A stretch of DNA of 45,881 nt from an uncultured Actinomycetes bacterium (GTDB lineage: Bacteria > Actinomycetota > Actinomycetes > S36-B12), in the NCBI GenBank assembly GCA_903918595.1, contig CAIXFB010000001.1, positions 1-45,881 on the forward strand, read 5' to 3'. Each line of letters begins with the position of its first letter. Position 1 is the first letter of the stretch. The notes below the pieces were generated by a model. That model made no database searches, was not told the DNA's origin, and worked only from the letters and a program-made list of their open reading frames with translations. Of the stretch, positions 8,719-16,232 are shown one piece after another. A program made the position numbers and the translations under genes.

Positions 8719-8934
8719 CTATCTGCCGATCACGACCCGCTCACCTGGCTCGGGAACTACGGCGGTGATGGACTCTGGGTCAATCGGGAACGGCTCCCAG
8801 TTCCGTGATCGGATCTCTCGAGGGCCTTGGAATAGGCCGCAGTCAATGAGCACTCGGGCATCGTCGTATTCAAGCAAGGTCTTTGATCCGGTAACCGTAC
8901 CTACGCCACCAAGGAACGTCAGAAACGTTTCCAT
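8719..8934 (-). pseudogene. Remnant of a beta-CASP MBL-fold metallo-hydrolase (N-terminal ~60 aa only)
   Basis: [37 protein letters not shown]...ITAVV matches the family N-terminus, but the ORF ends before the HxHxDH motif (71 aa in total). Confidence 0.6.
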
Positions 8935-9013
8935 TTCACCCCCACATCAAGTCGTTCTCTTCAGTATGTGCCCTGCATTTTGGGGAGTCCTGCTGATCGG
9001 GCAGGCTGTGCCC

Positions 9014-10237
9014 ATGAGCGCACGGCGTTTGCCACGGTGGGGCGAGATTGCCCCGCTGATCGGTGCGCGTGATTCATCTCTGAGCAGGCACCAAGCTCGG
9101 CTCGAAAGATGCGCAAGCGTTGCCGATATTCGCGCCCTCGCAAAGCGCAGAGTGCCCCCTGCCGTTTTCGACTACACCGATGGCGCAGCAGGAACCGAAT
9201 CAACGCTCTCACGTTCTCGCAATGCCTACGCGCGCGTGGAGTTCACTCCGCGGGTCTTGCGTGATGTGTCACAGGTTGATTTGTCGACCAGCATGCTCGG
9301 TGCTCAATCCGAATTGCCATTTGCATTAGCTCCTACGGGGTTCACGCGGATGATGCATCACATCGGTGAACCTGCGGTTGTTTCGGTGGCCCAAGAAGCC
9401 GGAATTCCCTACGGTCTGTCAACTCTTGGCACAACATCGGTCGAGGATCTTGCAGCGATCGCACCAGATGCTCGTCGGTGGTTTCAGCTCTACGTCTGGC
9501 GGGATCGTGAGGCTAGTGAGGCACTCATCGATCGGGTGCGCGCCAACGGATACGAAGCCTTAATGCTGACTCTGGATACTGCGGTTGGCGGTATCCGGTT
9601 ACGTGACGTGCGCAACGGGCTCACCATTCCACCGCAGCTATCGCTACGCACGATGTCGCAGATGGCGCTTTACCCACGATGGTGGGGGAATCTACTCACC
9701 ACCGAGCCATTGGAGTTTGCGTCTTTATCTTCCACCGGTGGCACGGTGGGAGATCTACTCACCAAGGTTTTTGATCCCACGATTAATGCCGCCGATATCG
9801 AGTGGTTGCGCTCGATATGGACTGGTCCACTCATTGTGAAAGGCATTCAGTCGGTTGAAGACGCTCGCCTGGTGACCGATCTTGGAGTCGACGCTGTGGT
9901 GCTTTCCAATCATGGTGGCCGACAACTAGATAAGGCGAACGTTCCGCTGGAGATTCTGCCCGCAGTAGTTGAGGCAGTGGGTGATCGCGTTGAGGTCTAT
10001 ATCGATGGCGGAATCCTGAACGGCACAGACGTTGTTGCAGCACTCGCATTTGGTGCGCGTGGTGCGTTGATTGGTCGGGCATATTTGTATGGGTTGATGG
10101 CAGGTGGTGAAGACGGGGTGCGTCGCGTCGTAAGTATTTTGCGCAAGGAAATTATGACGACGATGCAACTCATGGGAGTCACCTCGATTGATCAACTTGA
10201 TCCGTCTATGGTGCGACTTCGGTCGACTCCGAACTAG
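9014..10237 (+). CDS. FMN-dependent alpha-hydroxy-acid dehydrogenase/oxidase (LldD-like)
   Basis: ORF 8765..10237 trimmed to MSARRLPRWGEIAPL. Contains FDYTDGAAG, WFQLYVWRD and VLSNHGGRQLD. Confidence 0.85.
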   Translation: MSARRLPRWGEIAPLIGARDSSLSRHQARLERCASVADIRALAKRRVPPAVFDYTDGAAGTESTLSRSRNAYARVEFTPRVLRDVSQVDLSTSMLGAQSELPFALAPTGFTRMMHHIGEPAVVSVAQEAGIPYGLSTLGTTSVEDLAAIAPDARRWFQLYVWRDREASEALIDRVRANGYEALMLTLDTAVGGIRLRDVRNGLTIPPQLSLRTMSQMALYPRWWGNLLTTEPLEFASLSSTGGTVGDLLTKVFDPTINAADIEWLRSIWTGPLIVKGIQSVEDARLVTDLGVDAVVLSNHGGRQLDKANVPLEILPAVVEAVGDRVEVYIDGGILNGTDVVAALAFGARGALIGRAYLYGLMAGGEDGVRRVVSILRKEIMTTMQLMGVTSIDQLDPSMVRLRSTPN

Positions 10238-10271
10238 CGTTTTGCGGTCTTTGTAGGAGAGAATCACATGT

Positions 10272-10559
10272 ATGGCAACTCTGCAGAGTGATCAAGCAAT
10301 AACTGAATTTTGTGCGGCGCGCCCTCGGTGGACTCGAGAGGGGAACGGACTTGTTGGTTCGGTGCGCGCCCCTACTTTCTTGAAAGCAATTTCATGGGTT
10401 GATCAAATAGCGGTTATCGCAGAAGAACTTGATCACCATCCTGATATCGATATTCGCTGGCGCACACTCAACTTTCGGCTGAGCACCCACGAATCTGAAG
10501 GCATTACCGAACTTGATTTCACACTCGGCCAGCAGATCGACCAGGTGTTCTCGAAATAG
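10272..10559 (+). CDS. 4a-hydroxytetrahydrobiopterin (pterin-4-alpha-carbinolamine) dehydratase
   Basis: 95 aa; ELDHHPDIDIRWRTLNFRLSTH signature. Confidence 0.85.
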   Translation: MATLQSDQAITEFCAARPRWTREGNGLVGSVRAPTFLKAISWVDQIAVIAEELDHHPDIDIRWRTLNFRLSTHESEGITELDFTLGQQIDQVFSK

Positions 10560-10571
10560 TCGATGTACTTT

Positions 10572-11399
10572 TTAGCTCAGAGTGCGCAGCACCGGAAAGA
10601 GCGGATGGTCCATCGGGGCACCTGCAGGAAGTTCACTCTCAAGTCCTTCAAAGTGAGGGGATGTGACCCACGAACGTGGTGCATGGGTCGCATCATCGCC
10701 AAGAAAACGAAGCGAAAAAGCCCTGCGTCGGTTTTCACCGGGAACTCCATATGCGTGATGCAGTGTGAGCATGTGGAAAAAGACTGCATCGCCTGGCTCG
10801 AGAGCCCAGCCCATGATGTCGAAGTCTTCGCGGTTAGCTTCAATGTTGGGTAGTTCTGCCAGGGTGCCTTCTGGAAACCACTTCGCCTGGTTATCCATGA
10901 ACGTTCGCGGCATAAGCCAGCCTTGGCGGTGAGATCCAGCGAGGAATTCCAAGGTGGACTCGGGGGCAACTGGATCCACTGGCATCCACATAGAGCAGTT
11001 ATCGAATCCATCAACGTTGTAGTAGGGCTGGTCTTGGTGCCACGGGGTGTGCTGGTGTGTTCTGGGCTCTTTAACGAGCATGTGATCGTGGTAAAGACGT
11101 ACTTCTGAACTACCCATGAGGGCGCCAGCTACATCGGCCGCTTTGGATTCAAAAGCGGTGATGCGGAACTCAGCAATTCGTTGCCAATTGCAAAAGTCTT
11201 CAACAAACTTTCCGGGATCGGAATCAGTGCTTGCGACTTTGAAGAGTGGACCAGGCTCGGCGAGGTTGCGTTCGATACCGCGTTCGACGAGAGCTACTTC
11301 ATCAGGTGAAAAAAGACCTCGAACAACAGTTGCTCCATGGGTCCGAAACTCGCGAACGGATTCGGGATCGACGACGGAGTAGTCAAGTTCAGCAATCAT
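10572..11399 (-). CDS. Phytanoyl-CoA dioxygenase (PhyH) family Fe(II)/2-oxoglutarate oxygenase
   Basis: 275 aa; WHQDQPYY and the overall PhyH pattern. Confidence 0.8.
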   Translation of the reverse strand: MIAELDYSVVDPESVREFRTHGATVVRGLFSPDEVALVERGIERNLAEPGPLFKVASTDSDPGKFVEDFCNWQRIAEFRITAFESKAADVAGALMGSSEVRLYHDHMLVKEPRTHQHTPWHQDQPYYNVDGFDNCSMWMPVDPVAPESTLEFLAGSHRQGWLMPRTFMDNQAKWFPEGTLAELPNIEANREDFDIMGWALEPGDAVFFHMLTLHHAYGVPGENRRRAFSLRFLGDDATHAPRSWVTSPHFEGLESELPAGAPMDHPLFPVLRTLS

Positions 11400-11416
11400 G
11401 CTTTTCCACCGTCCTC

Positions 11417-11429
11417 TCGAATTATTCGA
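11417..11429. promoter_or_regulatory. Perfect palindrome TCGAAT-T-ATTCGA just upstream of the phyH ribosome-binding site
   Basis: Read directly from the sequence. It lies 18-30 nt upstream of the phyH ATG (minus strand) and at the 3' end of the decayed TetR. Confidence 0.35.
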
Positions 11430-11935
11430 ATAGATGGCCCGCCCATTTCCGCAATGCCACCACCGTGGTGCTGTCTGGTTCGTGCGAGTGAGCGGCCTGA
11501 CCTGCGAACTCAGAGGTCATCGTGGTGAGCAACATGCTACATCGTTGAAGGACGCCTACAAGGTGGTTTGTTCACAGTGAAGCGCTTGCTGAAGAGCCGC
11601 TGCAGCCTGCTTGTGCAGCCTCGCTGCTGCCGGCGCTGTAACTGGCGTGGCGCGCAGAATGTTCCACGAGCGGGCACCGATCGCGTTTTGGCCCCAGTTC
11701 ACGCTGAGCGCTTCGACTACATCTGGGCAGAAGGGCGTCTCGGTCGGGGAAGAATTGATATACCGAGCCGATCGGGATTGCTGTGTGCTCGCTCATTGAG
11801 CTGGTAGTGACCCCTCGGTGCCATGGGTGAGGTGTAGTTCCGTTCCGGTGCCCAAGATGTCGATCACCCGCTGCCGGGAGCACTTTTGTGGTCACGATCT
11901 GCTCCTGGATCTGTCTCAGGAAGGTCGCATAGGAG
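11422..11935 (-). pseudogene. Frameshifted TetR-family regulator remnant
   Basis: The minus strand gives SRQRVIDILGTGTELHLTHGTEG (one frame), VTTSSMSEHTAIPIGSVYQFFPDRDALL (second frame; classic TetR HTH) and DVVEALSVNWGQNAIGARSWNIL...LQQAL (third frame). Frame breaks lie near 11811-11814 (G/C run) and about 11722-11735. Confidence 0.5.
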
Positions 11936-11942
11936 GGAGGGG

Positions 11943-11972
11943 TTGACGAGTGTCAGACCCGAGAGATACCTT
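11943..11972 (+). promoter_or_regulatory. Sigma-70-like promoter: -35 TTGACG (11943-11948), 18-nt spacer, -10 TACCTT (11967-11972)
   Basis: Hexamers read from the sequence. A LexA box begins 10 nt downstream. Confidence 0.5.
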
Positions 11973-11981
11973 GATCACTGT

Positions 11982-11997
11982 TCGAACAGGTGTTCGA
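11982..11997. promoter_or_regulatory. LexA (SOS) box, perfect actinobacterial consensus TCGAAC-N4-GTTCGA
   Basis: TCGAACAGGTGTTCGA read directly. It sits upstream of the dnaE2 operon, a known SOS target. Confidence 0.85.
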
Positions 11998-12176
11998 AAT
12001 TGCTTGTTCACACCTGTTCGGCACCTAGACCCGGATTCGCGGCCGGGTACTGGGCTAGATGGATCGCCTCGGTTGCCGCCGGTCGCCTCGACCCCGGCTG
12101 ACGGCAGCCGAGGTTCCTCTGGCGGGTCATCGAAGTACGCATACGGATAGTTAGCCAAGTGAAAGGAAGCACCACG

Positions 12177-12572
12177 ATGACTCGCGCAGCACAAGATCTG
12201 ATTCTCTCCGCCCGCCGGAGCTTGACTGAGGCCACTTTGGCCACCAGCCCCGAAAGCCGTTACAGCGCCGCGCACCTTTGCGCTCTCCGCGCCGCTGCTG
12301 CCGTTCTTGCAGCCCGCAGCACTTCTACTGGGCGGCAACGGGTTCGTAGCGTCTGGGTATTGCTACCGCAGGTCGCTCCGGAGTTCGCCGAATGGGCTGA
12401 ATTCTTTGCAGCCGGTGCGCGCAAGCGAGCGAGTGCGGAGGCGGGTATTCGCTGCGTCAGCCTTCGAGAGGCAGATGACCTTGTGCGTGACTCGGAGACT
12501 TTCTTGGCTCGGATCTGTGACTCCTTAGGTTTCGCGCATCAGCCCGCCTTGGCGGTTGCTGTCGCGATCTGA
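12177..12572 (+). CDS. Small helical protein resembling the actinobacterial SAV_6107-type HEPN domain family
   Basis: ORF 12159..12572. ATG 12177 is preceded by the SD AAGGAAG. Contains AQDLILSARRSL..ESRYSAAHLCALRAAAAVLAAR..EFAEWAEFFAAGARKRASAEAG..READDLVRDSETFL. The family call is from memory. Confidence 0.5.
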   Translation: MTRAAQDLILSARRSLTEATLATSPESRYSAAHLCALRAAAAVLAARSTSTGRQRVRSVWVLLPQVAPEFAEWAEFFAAGARKRASAEAGIRCVSLREADDLVRDSETFLARICDSLGFAHQPALAVAVAI

Positions 12573-12628
12573 CCGCGCTGGTCCCGCGGTCGCACTGATC
12601 AAGACGCCTCCCGTCTGTCGATCAGCGT

Positions 12629-12679
12629 GACGGGCCTCGGTTCATCCCCCCGATACCGAGGCCCGTCCTCCCTCTTTTT
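12629..12679 (+). terminator. Strong GC hairpin (13-bp perfect stem) followed by CTCCCTCTTTTT; intrinsic terminator or attenuator between the HEPN-like gene and dnaE2
   Basis: GACGGGCCTCGGT (12629-12641) pairs perfectly with ACCGAGGCCCGTC (12655-12667). T5 lies at 12675-12679. Confidence 0.55.
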
Positions 12680-12709
12680 GATCACCTCGATCTTTCGTCA
12701 GGAATCCTT

Positions 12710-15700
12710 GTGTCTGTATCCACCCCATTCGCCCACCTCCAGGTGGCGTCGAGTTACTCATTGCAGTTCGGGGCTAACCATCCAGAGGCGTTAGTGCAAC
12801 GTGCGGCTGAACTCGGTCAGCAGGTAATGGCGCTCACCGATCGTGATGGTCTTTATGGCGCAGTGCAGTGGGCACTGGCATGCCAGAAAGTCGGAATCAA
12901 GCCCGTACTTGGTGTGGATATCGCAGTAGAGCCAACAATCCCGGTTACTTCCAATGCAGTAGGTCAGGCCCGTCGCACCCCAGCCCGGGGAGGTGCGTGG
13001 GTTGATGAAGGGCGGCCACGGGTGCTGCTGATTGCTTCTAGTGCACGCGGTTGGGCATCGCTGTGTCGACTCGTCAGCACTGCTCACACTGGTGAACACA
13101 CCGAGCGCGGTAAGCCATGGCTGCAGTGGGAAGCACTCGCGCAGAATCGTGAAGGCGTGGTTGCGCTGTTAGGTGCGCAATCTGAACTCGGTCGGCTCAT
13201 GGCCGCCGATCGTTCGTACCGATGTGATGCGGTGGTGCGACCGTGGCGTGCGGTTTTTGGCCGATGGTTGGGAATCGCCATCACGTCGCATCGGCAATCG
13301 CGCGGACATCGGCATTCCACCGCTGTGGCTGCTCGCACTCTTGGGTGGGCGCGTAGCCAGCAATTGCCGGTGGTGCTCACTAATGCGGTGCGCTATCTCG
13401 ATCCCACCGGCGCACATGTTGCCCAGGTACTTGATGCGTCCCGGTTGCTTGTGCCACTGCGGTCAAAGCTGGTGGAGTCCGATAACGGTGAGGGGTATGT
13501 GAAATCGGGCGCAGAGATGGCACAAATAGCTGAAGAGATCAGCCGTGCTGCGGGGGAACGCAATCCAGGAAAGTTACTCACAGACACCATGCGGGTGGCC
13601 CAGTTCTGCGCCCTTGATCCGGCGGCAGATCTAGGCATTGGCCAGGTATTCGTACCAGAACTTGATGTCTTGCTCGGCCGGCCGGTTTCAGCCACTCAGG
13701 CCGATCACATCTTGATGAGCAGATGCCGTGACGCGCTTCCGGTTCGCTACCCGAGAGCGGACGATCAACGGGTGGCTGCAGATCGTCTCGATGCAGAGAT
13801 GGCCACGATCCAGCACCTGGGCTTCTCCGGCTATTTCTTAACCGTCGCTGAAGTCGTCGAGATGATCAAAGCTAAGGGTGTGCGCGTTGCTGCGCGCGGT
13901 TCGGGAGCTGGCAGTCTTGTCACTCATCTCTTGGGAATATCCGGAGCGGATCCGATTCGCCACGGACTTTTGATGGAACGTTTTCTCTCCCCGTTGCGTA
14001 GAGCTTTGCCAGATATCGACATCGACGTTGAATCAGCTCGACGGATTGAAGCGTATGAGTGGATATTCGAACGGTTCGGTGCCAAGCGGGTTGCTTGCGT
14101 TTCCATGATGGAGACCTATCGGGTTCGGCACGCCGTTCGTGACGTCGGCGCAGCAATGGGTCTGCCCGCTGCCGATATTGATACTTTCGCGAAGTCTTTT
14201 CCGCACCTACGTGCTCGGCATGCACGGTCAGCGCTCGCCGATCTCCCTGAACTGCGTTCATCATCCTTCGGCAAACTTGCTGCTACTGGCAGACTCGATC
14301 ATTTCCTTGATCTCGTTGAGGCACTTGATGGATTGCCTCGTCATGTGGCAATGCATCCGTGTGGGGTGTTGCTCTCCGATGCGAGTCTGCTCGATCGCAC
14401 TCCCGTCGAACGTAGCGGTGCAGGATTCATGATGAGTCACTTTGATAAGCACGATGTTGAGCACATGGGGTTGCTCAAACTTGATGTATTAGGTGTGCGC
14501 ATGCAATCAGCAATGGCGCACGCACTAGATGAAATTAACCGCACAACTGGTGAGCATGTAGAACTTGATGATTCCGCGTTAGCCGATGCCGCAACTTTTG
14601 AGTTAATTCGAACAACCCGAACCCTCGGCTGTTTTCAGATCGAATCGCCGGGGCAACGCGAGTTGATTGGCAAGTTCGCTCCAGAGACTTTTGCCGATCT
14701 CATTATCGACATCTCACTTTTTCGGCCCGGTCCGGTGAAATCCGACATGATCACGCCATTTCTGCGCGCCCGCCAGGGGTGGAGCGAACCGGTGTATCTG
14801 CATCCTGATCTGAAACCATTCCTCGAAGAAACATGCGGAGTGGTGGTTTTCCATGAGCAGGTACTCCAGATCATCTCGACCATGACCGGTTGCTCGCTCG
14901 CCGAAGCCGATGAGTCTCGGCGCTCGATGGGCTCACCGGACGGAATGGATGATGTGCGCGCGTGGTTTTACCCGGCAGCGCTGCGTCGTCGCTATGACCT
15001 CGACACGGTCGAGAAAGTGTGGGAGGTGCTGCGCGCCTTTGCCTCCTTCGGATTCTGTAAGGCGCATGCGGCAGCTTTCGCCCTGCCGACCTATCAATCC
15101 GCATGGCTCAAGACCCATCATCCGGCCGCCTTCTTTGCTGGAGTGCTGACTCACGATCCAGGGATGTATCCCAAGCGGTTAATTCTTGACGATGCGCGTC
15201 ACTTCGGGATCGCAGTGCTCGGCCTTGATGTCAACGCATCCCGTGATACCTATCGGGTTGAACACGTGGCAGATAGCAAATGGGGGATTCGAGTCCCGTT
15301 CACTGAAGTGTCGGGAGTGAGTTCTGCTGAAGTAGAACGGCTGATGGAAGCCCAACCCTTTGCAGATCTCTCTGACACTTGGAATCGCGCCGGACTCTCA
15401 CGTCCTGTTGCGGAAAGTTTGGTAGTAGCCGGTGCATTTGATGCACTGCACTCGTTGGGCCAAGCATCCGCTGCTCGTAGCAGGCGGATAAATCGTCGTG
15501 ATTTGTTACTGCAGATCGCTGACCTTGACCGCTATCGCCGTTCCTCAGCAGGGCTTCCTCCTGCGCAGTTGTCCCTTGATCTCACTGATCACATTGCCGC
15601 TAACGTCCCCGCTGGCCTACCCGAGATGGATCCAGCTGAGCGGGTGCGGGCTGAAGTTCAGGTCACCGGCCTTGACATCAGCGCGCATGTGATCGATTTC

Positions 15701-16216
15701 TACGCGGATCTACTTGATGCGATCGGCACCACCAAAGCCACGGATCTATTAAACGGTCGGTCGCGCCGGCAAGTATTCATCGGTGGAGTGAAAGTTGCTG
15801 TGCAAACCCCACCGGTTCGTAGTGGTCGGCGAGTCATTTTCTTAACCCTTGATGATTCCACGGGGCCGGTAGACGCTGCGTTCTTCGAAGATGCGCAGGG
15901 TCCCTACGCGCAGACCGTGTTTTCCTCCTGGTTGCTATTGATTCGAGGTGAGTTGCGCAGGACCGGTCCGCGCGGGGTCTCAGTGCGCGCTACGGGCTGT
16001 TGGGAGTTAGGTGTCCTGCGCAGGATCTGGCGCGAGGAGGGAATCGCTGCAGTGCGAGCGTTATTGGCCGAGAACCCGGTTGATCCGACTGCACCCACCT
16101 CTCGGCCAGTCCTTACGCACCCAAGTGGTTTCCGGCAATCCCCATACGCAGATGTGGCCCCAGCGGGCGCGCCGGCGAAGCTCTGGCACAGCAGTCCGGG
16201 GAGTTCGGGTTGGTAG
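12710..16216 (+). CDS. dnaE2: Error-prone DNA polymerase III alpha-like subunit DnaE2 (ImuC)
   Basis: 1168 aa; PHP N-terminus FAHLQVASSYSLQFG; characteristic C-terminal KLWHSSPGSSGW; SOS box upstream. GTG start with an AGGA SD. Confidence 0.9.
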   Translation: MSVSTPFAHLQVASSYSLQFGANHPEALVQRAAELGQQVMALTDRDGLYGAVQWALACQKVGIKPVLGVDIAVEPTIPVTSNAVGQARRTPARGGAWVDEGRPRVLLIASSARGWASLCRLVSTAHTGEHTERGKPWLQWEALAQNREGVVALLGAQSELGRLMAADRSYRCDAVVRPWRAVFGRWLGIAITSHRQSRGHRHSTAVAARTLGWARSQQLPVVLTNAVRYLDPTGAHVAQVLDASRLLVPLRSKLVESDNGEGYVKSGAEMAQIAEEISRAAGERNPGKLLTDTMRVAQFCALDPAADLGIGQVFVPELDVLLGRPVSATQADHILMSRCRDALPVRYPRADDQRVAADRLDAEMATIQHLGFSGYFLTVAEVVEMIKAKGVRVAARGSGAGSLVTHLLGISGADPIRHGLLMERFLSPLRRALPDIDIDVESARRIEAYEWIFERFGAKRVACVSMMETYRVRHAVRDVGAAMGLPAADIDTFAKSFPHLRARHARSALADLPELRSSSFGKLAATGRLDHFLDLVEALDGLPRHVAMHPCGVLLSDASLLDRTPVERSGAGFMMSHFDKHDVEHMGLLKLDVLGVRMQSAMAHALDEINRTTGEHVELDDSALADAATFELIRTTRTLGCFQIESPGQRELIGKFAPETFADLIIDISLFRPGPVKSDMITPFLRARQGWSEPVYLHPDLKPFLEETCGVVVFHEQVLQIISTMTGCSLAEADESRRSMGSPDGMDDVRAWFYPAALRRRYDLDTVEKVWEVLRAFASFGFCKAHAAAFALPTYQSAWLKTHHPAAFFAGVLTHDPGMYPKRLILDDARHFGIAVLGLDVNASRDTYRVEHVADSKWGIRVPFTEVSGVSSAEVERLMEAQPFADLSDTWNRAGLSRPVAESLVVAGAFDALHSLGQASAARSRRINRRDLLLQIADLDRYRRSSAGLPPAQLSLDLTDHIAANVPAGLPEMDPAERVRAEVQVTGLDISAHVIDFYADLLDAIGTTKATDLLNGRSRRQVFIGGVKVAVQTPPVRSGRRVIFLTLDDSTGPVDAAFFEDAQGPYAQTVFSSWLLLIRGELRRTGPRGVSVRATGCWELGVLRRIWREEGIAAVRALLAENPVDPTAPTSRPVLTHPSGFRQSPYADVAPAGAPAKLWHSSPGSSGW

Positions 16217-16232
16217 GGGTAAGGATGGGTGA

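Noticed and set aside
8765-9013. Long N-terminal extensions in the ORF track. Examples: lldD-like from 8765, DUF422-like to 2547, DUF3048 to 27444, murD from 35683, ftsQ from 40891, mraZ from 27453, DUF3040 from 17504, FUSC-like to 5600.
   Set aside because: The extensions are compositionally odd, overlap neighbouring genes, and precede internal starts that match family N-termini and/or form ATGA/GTGA coupling with the upstream stop. I trimmed them in the feature list.
11417-11429. TCGAATTATTCGA considered as a second LexA/SOS box.
   Set aside because: The half-sites resemble TCGAA, but the spacing is 1 nt instead of the 4 nt of the actinobacterial TCGAAC-N4-GTTCGA consensus. It is kept only as a possible TetR-type operator.
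12005-12020. GTTCACACCTGTTCG considered as a second SOS box downstream of the first.
   Set aside because: It contains two direct GTTC half-sites and no GAAC partner, so it is not palindromic. It is better explained as the distal arm of the 10-bp inverted repeat with 11984-11993.
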